DNA of 63,880 nt, counting the filler, from Vicugna vicugna (lineage: Eukaryota): NCBI GenBank assembly GCA_013265495.1. It is 79 parts of 76 records of this genome, joined end to end, with 100 filler letters (N's around TTAATTAATTAA, not from the genome) between each part and the next. Parts side by side here need not be neighbours in the genome. Positions count along the whole stretch, not along the records: positions 36,405 to 37,510 come from MU059623.1; positions 37,611 to 38,062 come from PNXW01010365.1; positions 38,163 to 39,377 come from MU059625.1; positions 39,478 to 40,520 come from MU059626.1; positions 40,621 to 41,078 come from PNXW01010370.1; positions 41,179 to 42,066 come from PNXW01010371.1; positions 42,167 to 42,866 come from MU059628.1; positions 42,967 to 43,426 come from PNXW01010380.1; 71 more parts are not named here. One strand, written 5' to 3'. The notes beneath the pieces were generated by a model. That model worked only from the letters and a program-made list of their open reading frames with translations, was not told the origin of the DNA and searched no databases. A program made the translations under genes and the position numbers. Positions 36,678 through 48,733 of this stretch are shown one piece after another. The first letter of the stretch is position 1. The number at the start of each line of letters is the position of its first letter.

Positions 36678-38162
36678 NNNNNNNNNNNNNNNNNNNNNNN
36701 NNNNNNNNNNNNNNNNNNNNNNNNNNNNNNNNNNNNNNNNNNNNNNNNNNNNNNNNNNNNNNNNNNNNNNNNNNNNNNNNNNNNNNNNNNNNNNNNNNNN
36801 NNNNNNNNNNNNNNNNNNNNNNNNNNNNNNNNNNNNNNNNNNNNNNNNNNNNNNNNNNNNNNNNNNNNNNNNNNNNNNNNNNNNNNNNNNNNNNNNNNNN
36901 NNNNNNNNNNNNNNNNNNNNNNNNNNNNNNNNNNNNNNNNNNNNNNNNNNNNNNNNNNNNNNNNNNNNNNNNNNNNNNNNNNNNNNNNNNNNNNNNNNNN
37001 NNNNNNNNNNNNNNNNNNNNNNNNNNNNNNNNNNNNNNNNNNNNNNNNNNNNNNNNNNNNNNNNNNNNNNNNNNNNNNNNNNNNNNNNNNNNNNNNNNNN
37101 NNNNNNNNNNNNNNNNNNNNNNNNNNNNNNNNNNNNNNNNNNNNNNNNNNNNNNNNNNNNNNNNNNNNNNNNNNNNNNNNNNNNNNNNNNNNNNNNNNNN
37201 NNNNNNNNNNNNNNNNNNNNNNNNNNNNNNNNNNNNNNNNNNNNNNNNNNNNNNNNNNNNNNNNNNNNNNNNNNNNNNNNNNNNNNNNNNNNNNNNNNNN
37301 NNNNNNNNNNNNNNNNNNNNNNNNNNNNNNNNNNNNNNNNNNNNNNNNNNNNNNNNNNNNNNNNNNNNNNNNNNNNNNNNNNNNNNNNNNNNNNNNNNNN
37401 NNNNNNNNNNNNNNNNCTTTGATGGATTCACCATCCTAAATTCAGTCACCATGGATTGGTTTTTTGCTTTTGAAATTTTTAGTCCCTTACATTCCACTCA
37501 ACATTACGTANNNNNNNNNNNNNNNNNNNNNNNNNNNNNNNNNNNNNNNNNNNNTTAATTAATTAANNNNNNNNNNNNNNNNNNNNNNNNNNNNNNNNNN
37601 NNNNNNNNNNAAAAAGGTGATACAGTCCTGTTCTGGGCTCTGGGGACTGGAGAATTTATATGCCTCAGTTCCATTCAAGGGTTGAGAGGCTTGGCCCAAG
37701 CATCAGCTCGGGATTCAATGAGCAGGTAGCAATTAGTACACAGGGAGAAATATAATCTACCTCTCCCAGATCAGAAGAAAATCTGGTGGCTCAATGAAAC
37801 TCTTAATTCACAGGGATTCTGCCAGATGCAGAGGAATAATTCAATGATGACTCAACTAAGACAAACTTAGTTACTGCTTAACAATCCAACTTCACACACA
37901 CACAGAGTGATAGAGAGATTTGTGGTATTTAGTGGGAAGAATTCAGTGGGCAGGGCTCAGAGAATAGTTTTATCAGCCAAGTTTTGTACCTTTGCCAATA
38001 GTCTAGATTTTCCCAGATAGAAATCTACAGATGGACAAACAAACAATATTCTTCTTTAGGATNNNNNNNNNNNNNNNNNNNNNNNNNNNNNNNNNNNNNN
38101 NNNNNNTTAATTAATTAANNNNNNNNNNNNNNNNNNNNNNNNNNNNNNNNNNNNNNNNNNNN

Positions 38163-39377
38163 TCTGTTAGGTGGAAATCGCTCTACAAGTATTTTTCTGT
38201 GAAAAAATCAAGAATTCGAAACTGGTGTTAGGGAAAGATTGTGAAAATGGGTACATGTGTCTAGATGAAAACATTACTTTTATAAAGAATGAAAGATCAA
38301 TAATCCACATGCTCTCAACTCAGGAATGCATGTTTGTCGAATACATCTTGCCTGAAGCATGTACGGAACAATGAATATCATGTTGATGTAATCTATTCAA
38401 ATTACATATCTCTTGGGTAGAATTCGCTCAAGAGGGTTTTTCTGGGGTCAAAGTGTGATTCTTGTAACTGGTGATAGGACGAAACTACGAAGTCAAAGTA
38501 AATATTTCAAAGCACATAGGAAACTTGTTTGGTGGTTGAAACATCAGTCATGCGCATGTTCACAACTCAGAAATCCATGTTTGTCGAATCCGTCATGCAT
38601 GAAATATGTACAGAAACCGGAATGCCATGTTGATGGAATCTATTCAAATTTCATATCACTAGGGTAGATTTCACTCCAAGAAGTTTTTTCTGGGGTCAAA
38701 TTGTGATTATTGAAACTGGTGATAGGAAGATGTTACGAAGTCAAAGTAAATATTTCAAAGTGCATATGTACCCTGTTATGGTTGAAACATCAGTCATGCG
38801 CATNNNNNNNNNNNNNNNNNNNNNNNNNNNNNNNNNNNNNNNNNNNNNNNNNNNNNNNNNNNNNNNNNNNNNNNNNNNNNNNNNNNNNNNNNNNNNNNNN
38901 NNNNNNNNNNNNNNNNNNNNNNNNNNNNNNNNNNNNNNNNNNNNNNNNNNNNNNNNNNNNNNNNNNNNNNNNNNNNNNNNNNNNNNNNNNNNNNNNNNNN
39001 NNNNNNNNNNNNNNNNNNNNNNNNNNNNNNNNNNNNNNNNNNNNNNNNNNNNNNNNNNNNNNNNNNNNNNNNNNNNNNNNNNNNNNNNNNNNNNNNNNNN
39101 NNNNNNNNNNNNNNNNNNNNNNNNNNNNNNNNNNNNNNNNNNNNNNNNNNNNNCTCCATGAGGGTTTTTCTGGGATCAAAGTGTGATTCTTGAAAATGGT
39201 GACAGGGAGAAGCAATGAAGTCTAAGTAAATATTTCAAAAAGAATAGGTACACTGTTATGGCTGAAACAGCTGTCATGCGCATGTTCACAACTCAGAAAT
39301 GCATGTTTAAAGAATCCGTGTTGCATTAAACGTGTTCAGTATACGGAATTCCATGGTTATATAAACAAATTAAATTA
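38163..39377. repeat. Satellite family C (reverse), variant monomer order
   Basis: gttgaaacatcagtcatgcgcat at ~38535 and 38781, only ~246 bp apart. Confidence 0.88.
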
Positions 39378-39477
39378 NNNNNNNNNNNNNNNNNNNNNNN
39401 NNNNNNNNNNNNNNNNNNNNNTTAATTAATTAANNNNNNNNNNNNNNNNNNNNNNNNNNNNNNNNNNNNNNNNNNNN

Positions 39478-40520
39478 CTTTCATCCACCAAACAAGGCGT
39501 ATATAGGCTTAGATATATTTACACTGACTCCATAGTTTTTTCTTTCACCAGGTTCTAAAATCGGACATTTGGCACCAGAAAACACTCTTTGAGCTAAATC
39601 TCACCAATACACATGTAATTTGCATTGTTTACATAACCATGGCATTCCGTATTACGAACATGTTTCATGCGTCACGGATTCCNNNNNNNNNNNNNNNNNN
39701 NNNNNNNNNNNNNNNNNNNNNNNNNNNNNNNNNNNNNNNNNNNNNNNNNNNNNNNNNNNNNNNNNNNNNNNNNNNNNNNNNNNNNNNNNNNNNNNNNNNN
39801 NNNNNNNNNNNNNNNNNNNNNNNNNNNNNNNNNNNNNNNNNNNNNNNNNNNNNNNNNNNNNNNNNNNNNNNNNNNNNNNNNNNNNNNNNNNNNNNNNNNN
39901 NNNNNNNNNNNNNNNNNNNNNNNNNNNNNNNNNNNNNNNNNNNNNNNNNNNNNNNNNNNNNNNNNNNNNNNNNNNNNNNNNNNNNNNNNNNNNNNNNNNN
40001 NNNNNNNNNNNNNNNNNNNNNNNNNNNNNNNNNNNNNNNNNNNNNNNNNNNNNNNNNNNNNNNNNNNNNNNNNNNNNNNNNNNNNNNNNNNNNNNNNNNN
40101 NNNNNNNNNNNNNNNNNNNNNNNNNNNNNNNNNNNNNNNNNNNNNNNNNNNNNNNNNNNNNNNNNNNNNNNNNNNNNNNNNNNNNNNNNNNNNNNNNNNN
40201 NNNNNNNNNNNNNNNNNNNNNNNNNNNNNNNNNNNNNNNNNNNNNNNNNNNNNNNNNNNNNNNNNNNNNNNNNNNNNNNNNNNNNNNNNNNNNNNNNNNN
40301 NNNNNNNNNNNNNNNNNNNNNNNNNNNNNNNNNNNNNNNNNNNNNAAAACACTCTTTGAGCGAAATCTCACCAAAACACATGTAGTTTGCATTGTTTACA
40401 TAACCATGGCATTCCGTAATACGAAGATGTTTCATACGTCACGGATGACTCAAACATGCATTTCTGAAGTGTGATCATGCGCATGACTGATGTTTCAAAC
40501 AAATAACAAGTTACCTATGC
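39478..40520. repeat. Satellite family C (gapped)
   Basis: aaaacactctttgagc occurs on both sides of the gap, about one trimer apart. Confidence 0.9.
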
Positions 40521-40644
40521 NNNNNNNNNNNNNNNNNNNNNNNNNNNNNNNNNNNNNNNNNNNNTTAATTAATTAANNNNNNNNNNNNNNNNNNNNNNNN
40601 NNNNNNNNNNNNNNNNNNNNGCTAAACACCCAAAGCCCATCTCT

Positions 40645-40875
40645 GGGAGCATCAAAACCAGACAGACAGCCAGGGTTTAATTACCAGCTCTGCCAATTAC
40701 TAGTTCTGTGATTTTGCCAACTTAATTACCCTCTGTGTGCCTCAATTTCCACACTGTAAAACTGGGATAATAATCAAACCTTCCTTACTCGCTTGTTGAG
40801 AAGATTGAAGGATTCATTTCTGTAAAACACTCAGAAAAGAATGTAGCACATTTTGGGTGTTCAACTAATGTCAAC
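40645..40875 (+). mobile_element. MIR SINE
   Basis: ccagctctgccaattactagttctgtgattttgccaacttaattaccctctgtgtgcctcaatttccacactgtaaaactgggataataat is the MIR core. Confidence 0.85.
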
Positions 40876-41178
40876 TTAATATCAAAGTGATTTACAAGTC
40901 TCCCCTCTAATCATCTTATGTGTTTCCTGGCTAGCCTAAGTCCCAAAGAACATCCTTATTTCTCCTTTTATAAACTCTATGGGAGTACCCTTATGATCCA
41001 TCCAACCACCTGTTTAAACAGAGGGAGGGGATACCTCCTAACCACTCCTCTGGGCCATGGAGAGTGCTTCTCCCTTCANNNNNNNNNNNNNNNNNNNNNN
41101 NNNNNNNNNNNNNNNNNNNNNNTTAATTAATTAANNNNNNNNNNNNNNNNNNNNNNNNNNNNNNNNNNNNNNNNNNNN

Positions 41179-42066
41179 CCTCTGCATTATCTAGTCTGCT
41201 AAGGACTGAATTTTAGCCCAGATTTTATCACATCAATTGAGTTTTCTGATATTTTTTGGCTTGTCTTTAGACTTTCTCTTCCCCTTTTCTGGTATTCTGC
41301 CTTTTGTGATTCTGATACAATTTGTTCTTCAGTGTTTTACTGACCTCCATTTTCAATACTTGGTCTTGATAGCGTTTTGCAGTCTATTGGTTTGAAAGCG
41401 TATCTTTTGGGCCTTCAATATCTTTGGAACTGAAAATGGTACTTCCTGTTTCTTTTACTGTACTTCTTATTCCTGTTTCTTTTACTGTACTTCTTCAACA
41501 CTGCTGGTCAGGTAATTTCACGTATCTAATGTAGACTACTTGTGGTTTGTAAAGTGAAAATTTTAGACTCTTTTCTCTATGTAATTCCATTGGATTTCGG
41601 TGAGGACAATTTCTCTTAGACATTGATACCGAAATCTCTTCCTGTGTGTGTTGTCTGGTATATCTCCAATTGCTAGTGTTGCATTAGTTTTGATGAACAA
41701 CCCATACTATTTCGATTAGCAAAACTTAATATTCATTATGCTTATCTCACAATTCTGAAAGTGCGCAGGACAGGACCTCTTGTGGAAATGAGGATTCTAA
41801 AGGTTCTCAGCTCTGCATTCTGCTCTATGTCATTTTGGATTGTTTCCAAAACAGCAAACTGAGAGTGCGCTTGTGCTTTGTAGTGCCACGGGAATGTCCC
41901 AATGAAAGCAGTTCTTCCCAGATACTGAAACAACAGTGGAAGGACATCCATGGATGTCACACATCAGGGCCTGCTGGAATGATCCCGCAGAACGACCTTG
42001 GTGTCCTCGGTGCCATAACGGGCCGGTGCCATCCAAAATGTAGCATCCGCTTTTGGGAGATAATGC
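41179..42066 (+). repeat. Multi-copy segment F, copy 3
   Basis: Shares ctttctcttccccttttctggtattctgccttttgtgattctga and gagtgcgcttgtgctttgtagtgccacgggaatgtccca with copy 1. Confidence 0.88.
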
Positions 42067-42966
42067 NNNNNNNNNNNNNNNNNNNNNNNNNNNNNNNNNN
42101 NNNNNNNNNNTTAATTAATTAANNNNNNNNNNNNNNNNNNNNNNNNNNNNNNNNNNNNNNNNNNNNAAGTCAGATAGTGAACTGAACCGTAAAAGTCGCC
42201 AATGACATTAATGACACAGCTTATGTAGACCATCTTTCACTTGATTCAAGCCCCCGGGGGCACTATATCATGGGGTTGTAGACTTGGTTGCATTAAATTG
42301 CTTTACCCAACATGATNNNNNNNNNNNNNNNNNNNNNNNNNNNNNNNNNNNNNNNNNNNNNNNNNNNNNNNNNNNNNNNNNNNNNNNNNNNNNNNNNNNN
42401 NNNNNNNNNNNNNNNNNNNNNNNNNNNNNNNNNNNNNNNNNNNNNNNNNNNNNNNNNNNNNNNNNNNNNNNNNNNNNNNNNNNNNNNNNNNNNNNNNNNN
42501 NNNNNNNNNNNNNNNNNNNNNNNNNNNNNNNNNNNNNNNNNNNNNNNNNNNNNNNNNNNNNNNNNNNNNNNNNNNNNNNNNNNNNNNNNNNNNNNNNNNN
42601 NNNNNNNNNNNNNNNNNNNNNNNNNNNNNNNNNNNNNNNNNNNNNNNNNNNNNNNNNNNNNNNNNNNNNNNNNNNNNNNNNNNNNNNNNNNNNNNNNNNN
42701 NNNNNNNNNNNNNNNNNNNNNNNNNNNNNNNNNNNNNNNNNNNNNNNNNNNNNNNNNNNNNNNNNNNNNNNNNNNNNNNNNNNNNNNNNNNNNNNNNNNN
42801 NNNNNNNNNNNNNTTAAAGGATGCAAATGGGATATCAACACAATGTCAAAATCGGAGTCTTCGGACNNNNNNNNNNNNNNNNNNNNNNNNNNNNNNNNNN
42901 NNNNNNNNNNTTAATTAATTAANNNNNNNNNNNNNNNNNNNNNNNNNNNNNNNNNNNNNNNNNNNN

Positions 42967-43426
42967 TCCGTGTTCCGTACATGCTACATACATGACAGAT
43001 TCGACAAATATGCATTCCTGAGTTGTTGTCATCTGGATTACTAATCTTGTCTCCTCTATAAAAGTAATATTTTCTTCTAGACACGTATACACATTTTCAC
43101 AAGCTTTCCCTAAAACCAGGTACGAATTCGTGCATTTTTCACAAAAAAATATTTCTGAAGCGATTTCCATATAATTGGTATGTAATTTACATGAATTCCA
43201 TCAACATGGCATTCCGGGTTCCGTAGATGCTACATGCATGACGGATTCGGCAATCATGCATTTCTGACTTGATCTGACTTGTGAGCATGTGGATTACTTA
43301 CTTTCATCCACCAAACAATGCGTATATACACTTAGAACTATTTTCTCTTACTTCATAGATTTTTCTATCACCAGGTTCTATAATCGAACATCTGGCACCA
43401 GAAAACACTCTTTGAGCGAATTCTCA
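42967..43426. repeat. Satellite family C
   Basis: Same landmarks. Confidence 0.9.
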
Positions 43427-43526
43427 NNNNNNNNNNNNNNNNNNNNNNNNNNNNNNNNNNNNNNNNNNNNTTAATTAATTAANNNNNNNNNNNNNNNNNN
43501 NNNNNNNNNNNNNNNNNNNNNNNNNN

Positions 43527-44116
43527 CTGTTCGGGGAAGTCCGAGAAGTAACTTCCCTGACTTTGGGGAGGGAGCCTCTGTCACTGGGATATACTGCAAA
43601 ACCCCAAGCATTCCCTGGCACAGAGACATTAGGAAAACCCTCAGGGGAGACGAGCTTAGGCTTTCCGTTAGAACCCACGCGCTGCCGACCGTTGGTGGAA
43701 CCTCCCCACACTCAGGATTNNNNNNNNNNNNNNNNNNNNNNNNNNNNNNNNNNNNNNNNNNNNNNNNNNNNNNNNNNNNNNNNNNNNNNNNNNNNNTAAA
43801 TAACTTCCCTGACCTTGGGGAGGCAGCCTCTGTCACGGGGATATCTGGCAAACCCCCCTAGCATTCCCTGGCACATAGACATTAGGAATACCCTCAGGGG
43901 AGTCGAGCTTAGGCATTCCGTTAAAACCCACGCGCTGCCGACCGTTGGTGGAACCTCCCCACTCTCAGGAATCCAGAACCTTTGTCATTGCTTGGTGGAG
44001 CTCGAGAGGAAACTCCACGCAGCTCTCTTCAGTCACAGGTGTTCCCTGTTCGGGGAAGACCCAGAAATATATTCCCTGACCTTGGGGAGTCGGCCTCTGT
44101 CACTGGGATATCCTGC
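43527..44116. repeat. Satellite family A (reverse)
   Basis: gaccgttggtggaacctcccca and gagctcgag are reverse complements of family A landmarks. Confidence 0.93.
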
Positions 44117-44216
44117 NNNNNNNNNNNNNNNNNNNNNNNNNNNNNNNNNNNNNNNNNNNNTTAATTAATTAANNNNNNNNNNNNNNNNNNNNNNNNNNNN
44201 NNNNNNNNNNNNNNNN

Positions 44217-44932
44217 ATAGAAACCAGAATTTAGAAATAGAATCAGAACACAGAATTAAGAGTATAGAATACAGAATATTGAATATAAAATTTAGAATAC
44301 AGAATGCAGGACACAGAAATTAGAATATAGAATAGAGAATATAGAACCCAGTATTTAAAACATGGAATGCAGAACACAGAGTTTAGAATATAGAATACAA
44401 AATACTGAATATAGGAATTAGAATATACAATGTAGAACACAGTATATAGAATATAGAATACGGAATGCATAATATGGGATGTAGAANNNNNNNNNNNNNN
44501 NNNNNNNNNNNNNNNNNNNNNNNNNNNNNNNNNNNNNNNNNNNNNNNNNNNNNNNNNNNNNNNNNNNNNNNNNNNNNNNNNNNNNNNNNNNNNNNNNNNN
44601 NNNNNNNNNNNNNNNNNNNNNNNNNNNNNNNNNNNNNNNNNNNNNNNNNNNNNNNNNNNNNNNNNNNNNNNNNNNNNNNNNNNNNNNNNNNNNNNNNNNN
44701 NNNNNNNNNNNNNNNNNNNNNNNNNNNNNNNNNNNNNNNNNNNNNNNNNNNNNNNGAATATAGAAAGTATAGAATATTGAATACGGATTACTGAATATAA
44801 AATTTAGAATATAGAATTTAGTACACAGAATATAAAATGTAGAATAAGGAATTCAAAATATAGACTACAGAATATAGAATATAGAAAACAGAATGTAGAA
44901 TATGGAAAACAGAATACAGAACCGAGAATTTA
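44217..44932 (+). repeat. Satellite family B (gapped)
   Basis: Heptamer periodicity. Confidence 0.95.
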
Positions 44933-45032
44933 NNNNNNNNNNNNNNNNNNNNNNNNNNNNNNNNNNNNNNNNNNNNTTAATTAATTAANNNNNNNNNNNN
45001 NNNNNNNNNNNNNNNNNNNNNNNNNNNNNNNN

Positions 45033-45864
45033 CTAAATTCTGTGTTCTGCATTCCATGTTCTCAATTCTGGGTTTTCAATTCTGTTTTCCTTATTCTATA
45101 TTCTGTGTTCTTCATTGTATATTCTGTATACTATATTCTGCTTTCCGTATTCTATATTCATATTCTGTGTTCTACATTGTATATTCTAAATTATATACTC
45201 AGTATTCGGTATTCTATATTCTAAATTCGGTGTTCTACATTGTATTTTCATATTCTATATTCAGTATTCTGTATTCTATATGCTTAATTCTGTGTTCAGC
45301 ATTGAATGTTCTAAATTTTGGTTTCTATATTCTGTAATCCATATTGTATATTCTGTGTTCTACATTCTATATTCTAAATTTTNNNNNNNNNNNNNNNNNN
45401 NNNNNNNNNNNNNNNNNNNNNNNNNNNNNNNNNNNNNNNNNNNNNNNNNNNNNNNNNNNNNNNNNNNNNNNNNNNNNNNNNNNNNNNNNNNNNNNNNNNN
45501 NNNNNNNNNNNNNNNNNNNNNNNNNNNNNNNNNNNNNNNNNNNNNNNNNNNNNNNNNNNNNNNNNNNNNNNNNNNNNNNNNNNNNNNNNNNNNNNNNNNN
45601 NNNNNNNNNNNNNNNNNNNNNNNNNNNNNNNNNNNNNNNNNNNNNNNNNNNNNNNNNNNNNNNNNNNNNNNATGTTCTAAATATTCAGTATTCTGTATTC
45701 TATATTCTAAATTCTGTGGTCTTCATTCTATATTCTACATACTATATTTTGCATTCCGTATTCTACACTCTATATTCTGTTTTCAAAATTCAATTTTCTA
45801 AAATCTTTATTCAGTATGATGTATTCTATATTCGAAATTCCCTGTTCTGCATTCCGTTTCTAAA
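45033..45864 (-). repeat. Satellite family B (reverse, gapped)
   Basis: Heptamer periodicity. Confidence 0.95.
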
Positions 45865-46913
45865 NNNNNNNNNNNNNNNNNNNNNNNNNNNNNNNNNNNN
45901 NNNNNNNNTTAATTAATTAANNNNNNNNNNNNNNNNNNNNNNNNNNNNNNNNNNNNNNNNNNNNACCAGCAGGTAGTGCCCACGGTGCAGTCCGTGTGCC
46001 CCCAGCTGGTCGCCTTCTCCAGACATGGGTGCACCCTGATGCATACTGCTGAGGGAAGCAGAGCCCTGGACCAGCTGACATGTGAGTGAGCTTTGGATCC
46101 AACAGGAGAGGCTCCCTTCTCCACAGAACTGGGAGAGGAGCATGAGGACTGTGGATCAGATGTGCTGGCGGAATCTTGGATCCCACACATCATGGATCTT
46201 GTAAGAGGGCAAAGGTCTGAGGAAGGGAGTCAAGGCTGTAACTGGGGCTGTGGTTACATTGGGAAAGCAGAGATGGGCTGGAGGACCATACCCATCCTTT
46301 CCCATCGCAGCCTGCACCTGGGCGCTATAACAGGGGAAGTGGAGAGCATCTTGCTCACTAATCTGGTGGAACTTCCACAGCAAGGGCTCAGTGGTCGCTC
46401 AGGCGCGGGCTGAGCCCTCCCTGTGGGAGATGAGTGTCAGTGGGAGGAAGAGAAGCCCCTCATGGGGAACCTAGTGGGCTCAGCAACATGCAGACACAGG
46501 ACTTAAAGTTCACGTGCTCAGGTAGGACATGGAAGCCTGGGCAGGAGAAAGAGTCCATTTGTTCCCTCACCCATCAGATCTTCATGGAGCACCTCCAGGG
46601 TCCCAGTGAGAGCCAGGAACAGAGCAGACACCAGAGGTGACACTCCAGTGGGAAGGAGAGCAGGGAGACAGACAGCAGTGTGCCAGGCTTCCCTGAGGAA
46701 GGGGAGAGGCCCTCACTCCACTGATCAAAGGCTCCCTTCAATGGAGGCTTTTTGCCATCATCTCCTTTGTGACCAGGCTTGCCTCTGCCAGGACTGCCAG
46801 GTGAGAGGTGGACNNNNNNNNNNNNNNNNNNNNNNNNNNNNNNNNNNNNNNNNNNNNTTAATTAATTAANNNNNNNNNNNNNNNNNNNNNNNNNNNNNNN
46901 NNNNNNNNNNNNN

Positions 46914-47681
46914 AGGACAATGCCCATATGCTGGTTCCTGAAGAGAGCCCCTGTCTAGCGGGACCCTCACCAACACTCACGGAGCATCAGACATTTTTCA
47001 GGGTCGGCCACCCCAACAAGAGTTTGCTGTCACCCCAGGGCCAGCACAGCATCCCTGCTCACAAAAATATTGTTGGCCCACTTGTCGGTTATTAAGAAGC
47101 AAAAATACAAAATTGCTCATGTTTCTTACTAAAATTATCTATGAAGCTGAAAAGGGAATTGTAATAAAAAAGAACAATTTTTACCCTATGTTAGATCTGT
47201 TCCTTTGAGTTTAAACCTGTGCCCTGTTTCGTAGGCTCAGACTTGGTAGCTCTGCACCATTTGAAAAAGAAAGTTGCCTTTAGCCTGAAATCTACAGGAA
47301 AGCCTATTCTCCTGGCCCTGATCTTTAAAAATGTTAGCTCATCTGCACTTCTGTAGAGATGGCAAGTTGCATAAAGAGAATAACCTTTGTTTTTTTGGAG
47401 GTTTTACAGGGGCACCATGATTTGATCCATATGGACACCTGCAAGAACAGCAGATTCAGAGGACAAACAATTCATGCAGCAAGAAGTATGCAACAACCAA
47501 CCACAACCCAGCCCCTTTTTATTATAAAAGGAGATTGAATTCTGACTTGGGGAAGATGGATCTCGAGGACATCAGTCTGCCATCTTCTGGGTCTGCCAGC
47601 GTTGCAAATAAAGTCACTATTCCATGCTCCAACACTTCATCTCCCAGTTTATTGGCCTGTCATGTGGCAAGCAGAACGAGT
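46914..47681 (+). mobile_element. ERV1-like provirus 3' end: internal tail, purine tract and 3' LTR from ~47160
   Basis: gaaaagggaat precedes TGTAAT at 47160; TATAAAA at 47523; AATAAA at 47607; tail tttattggcctgtcatgtggcaagcagaacgag is typical of ERV1 LTR U5. Confidence 0.72.
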
Positions 47682-47781
47682 NNNNNNNNNNNNNNNNNNN
47701 NNNNNNNNNNNNNNNNNNNNNNNNNTTAATTAATTAANNNNNNNNNNNNNNNNNNNNNNNNNNNNNNNNNNNNNNNNNNNN

Positions 47782-48733
47782 TATTCTATATTCTAAATTC
47801 TTTGTTCTACTTTGTATATTCATATTGTAAACTCAGTATTCGGTATTCTATATTCTAAATTCTGTGTTCTACATTCTAAATTCTAAATTCTATATTCAGT
47901 AGTCTGTATTCTATATTCTAAATTCTGTGATATGCATGCCATGTTCTAAATTTTAAGTTCTGTATTCTGTTTTCCATATTTTGTATTATGTGTCTTGCAT
48001 TCTATATTCTCTATTGTGTATTATGCATGCCTTATTCTATATTCTGTGTTCTACATTGTATATTCCAAATTCTATATTCAGTATTATGTATTCTATATTC
48101 TAAATTCTCTGTTCTGAATTNNNNNNNNNNNNNNNNNNNNNNNNNNNNNNNNNNNNNNNNNNNNNNNNNNNNNNNNNNNNNNNNNNNNNNNNNNNNNNNN
48201 NNNNNNNNNNNNNNNNNNNNNNNNNNNNNNNNNNNNNNNNNNNNNNNNNNNNNNNNNNNNNNNNNNNNNNNNNNNNNNNNNNNNNNNNNNNNNNNNNNNN
48301 NNNNNNNNNNNNNNNNNNNNNNNNNNNNNNNNNNNNNNNNNNNNNNNNNNNNNNNNNNNNNNNNNNNNNNNNNNNNNNNNNNNNNNNNNNNNNNNNNNNN
48401 NNNNNNNNNNNNNNNNNNNNNNNNNNNNNNNNNNNNNNNNNNNNNNNNNNNNNNNNNNNNNNNNNNNNNNNNNNNNNNNNNNNNNNNNNNNNNNNNNNNN
48501 NNNNNNNNNNNNNNNNNNNNNNNNNNNNNNNNNNNNNNNNNNNCTGTATTCTATATTCTGCATTCCGTATTCTATATTCTATATTGTGTGTTCTACATTG
48601 TATATTCTTAATTCTATATTCAGTATTCTGTATTCTATATTTTAAATTCTGTGTTCAACATTGTATATTCATATTCTATATACAGTAGTCGGTGTTCTAT
48701 ATTCTAAATTCTGTGTTCTGCATTCCAAGTTCT
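47782..48733 (-). repeat. Satellite family B (reverse, gapped)
   Basis: Heptamer periodicity. Confidence 0.95.

Noticed and set aside
43527..43550. CENP-B-box-like motif in satellite A (TTCGGGGAAGTCCGAGA)
   Set aside because: Spacing between TTCG and the CG element is one base too long and the CGGG core is not matched.
45965..46813. GC-rich fragment with overlapping ORFs and possible minus-strand acceptors
   Set aside because: No recognisable protein and no convincing donor/acceptor pair.
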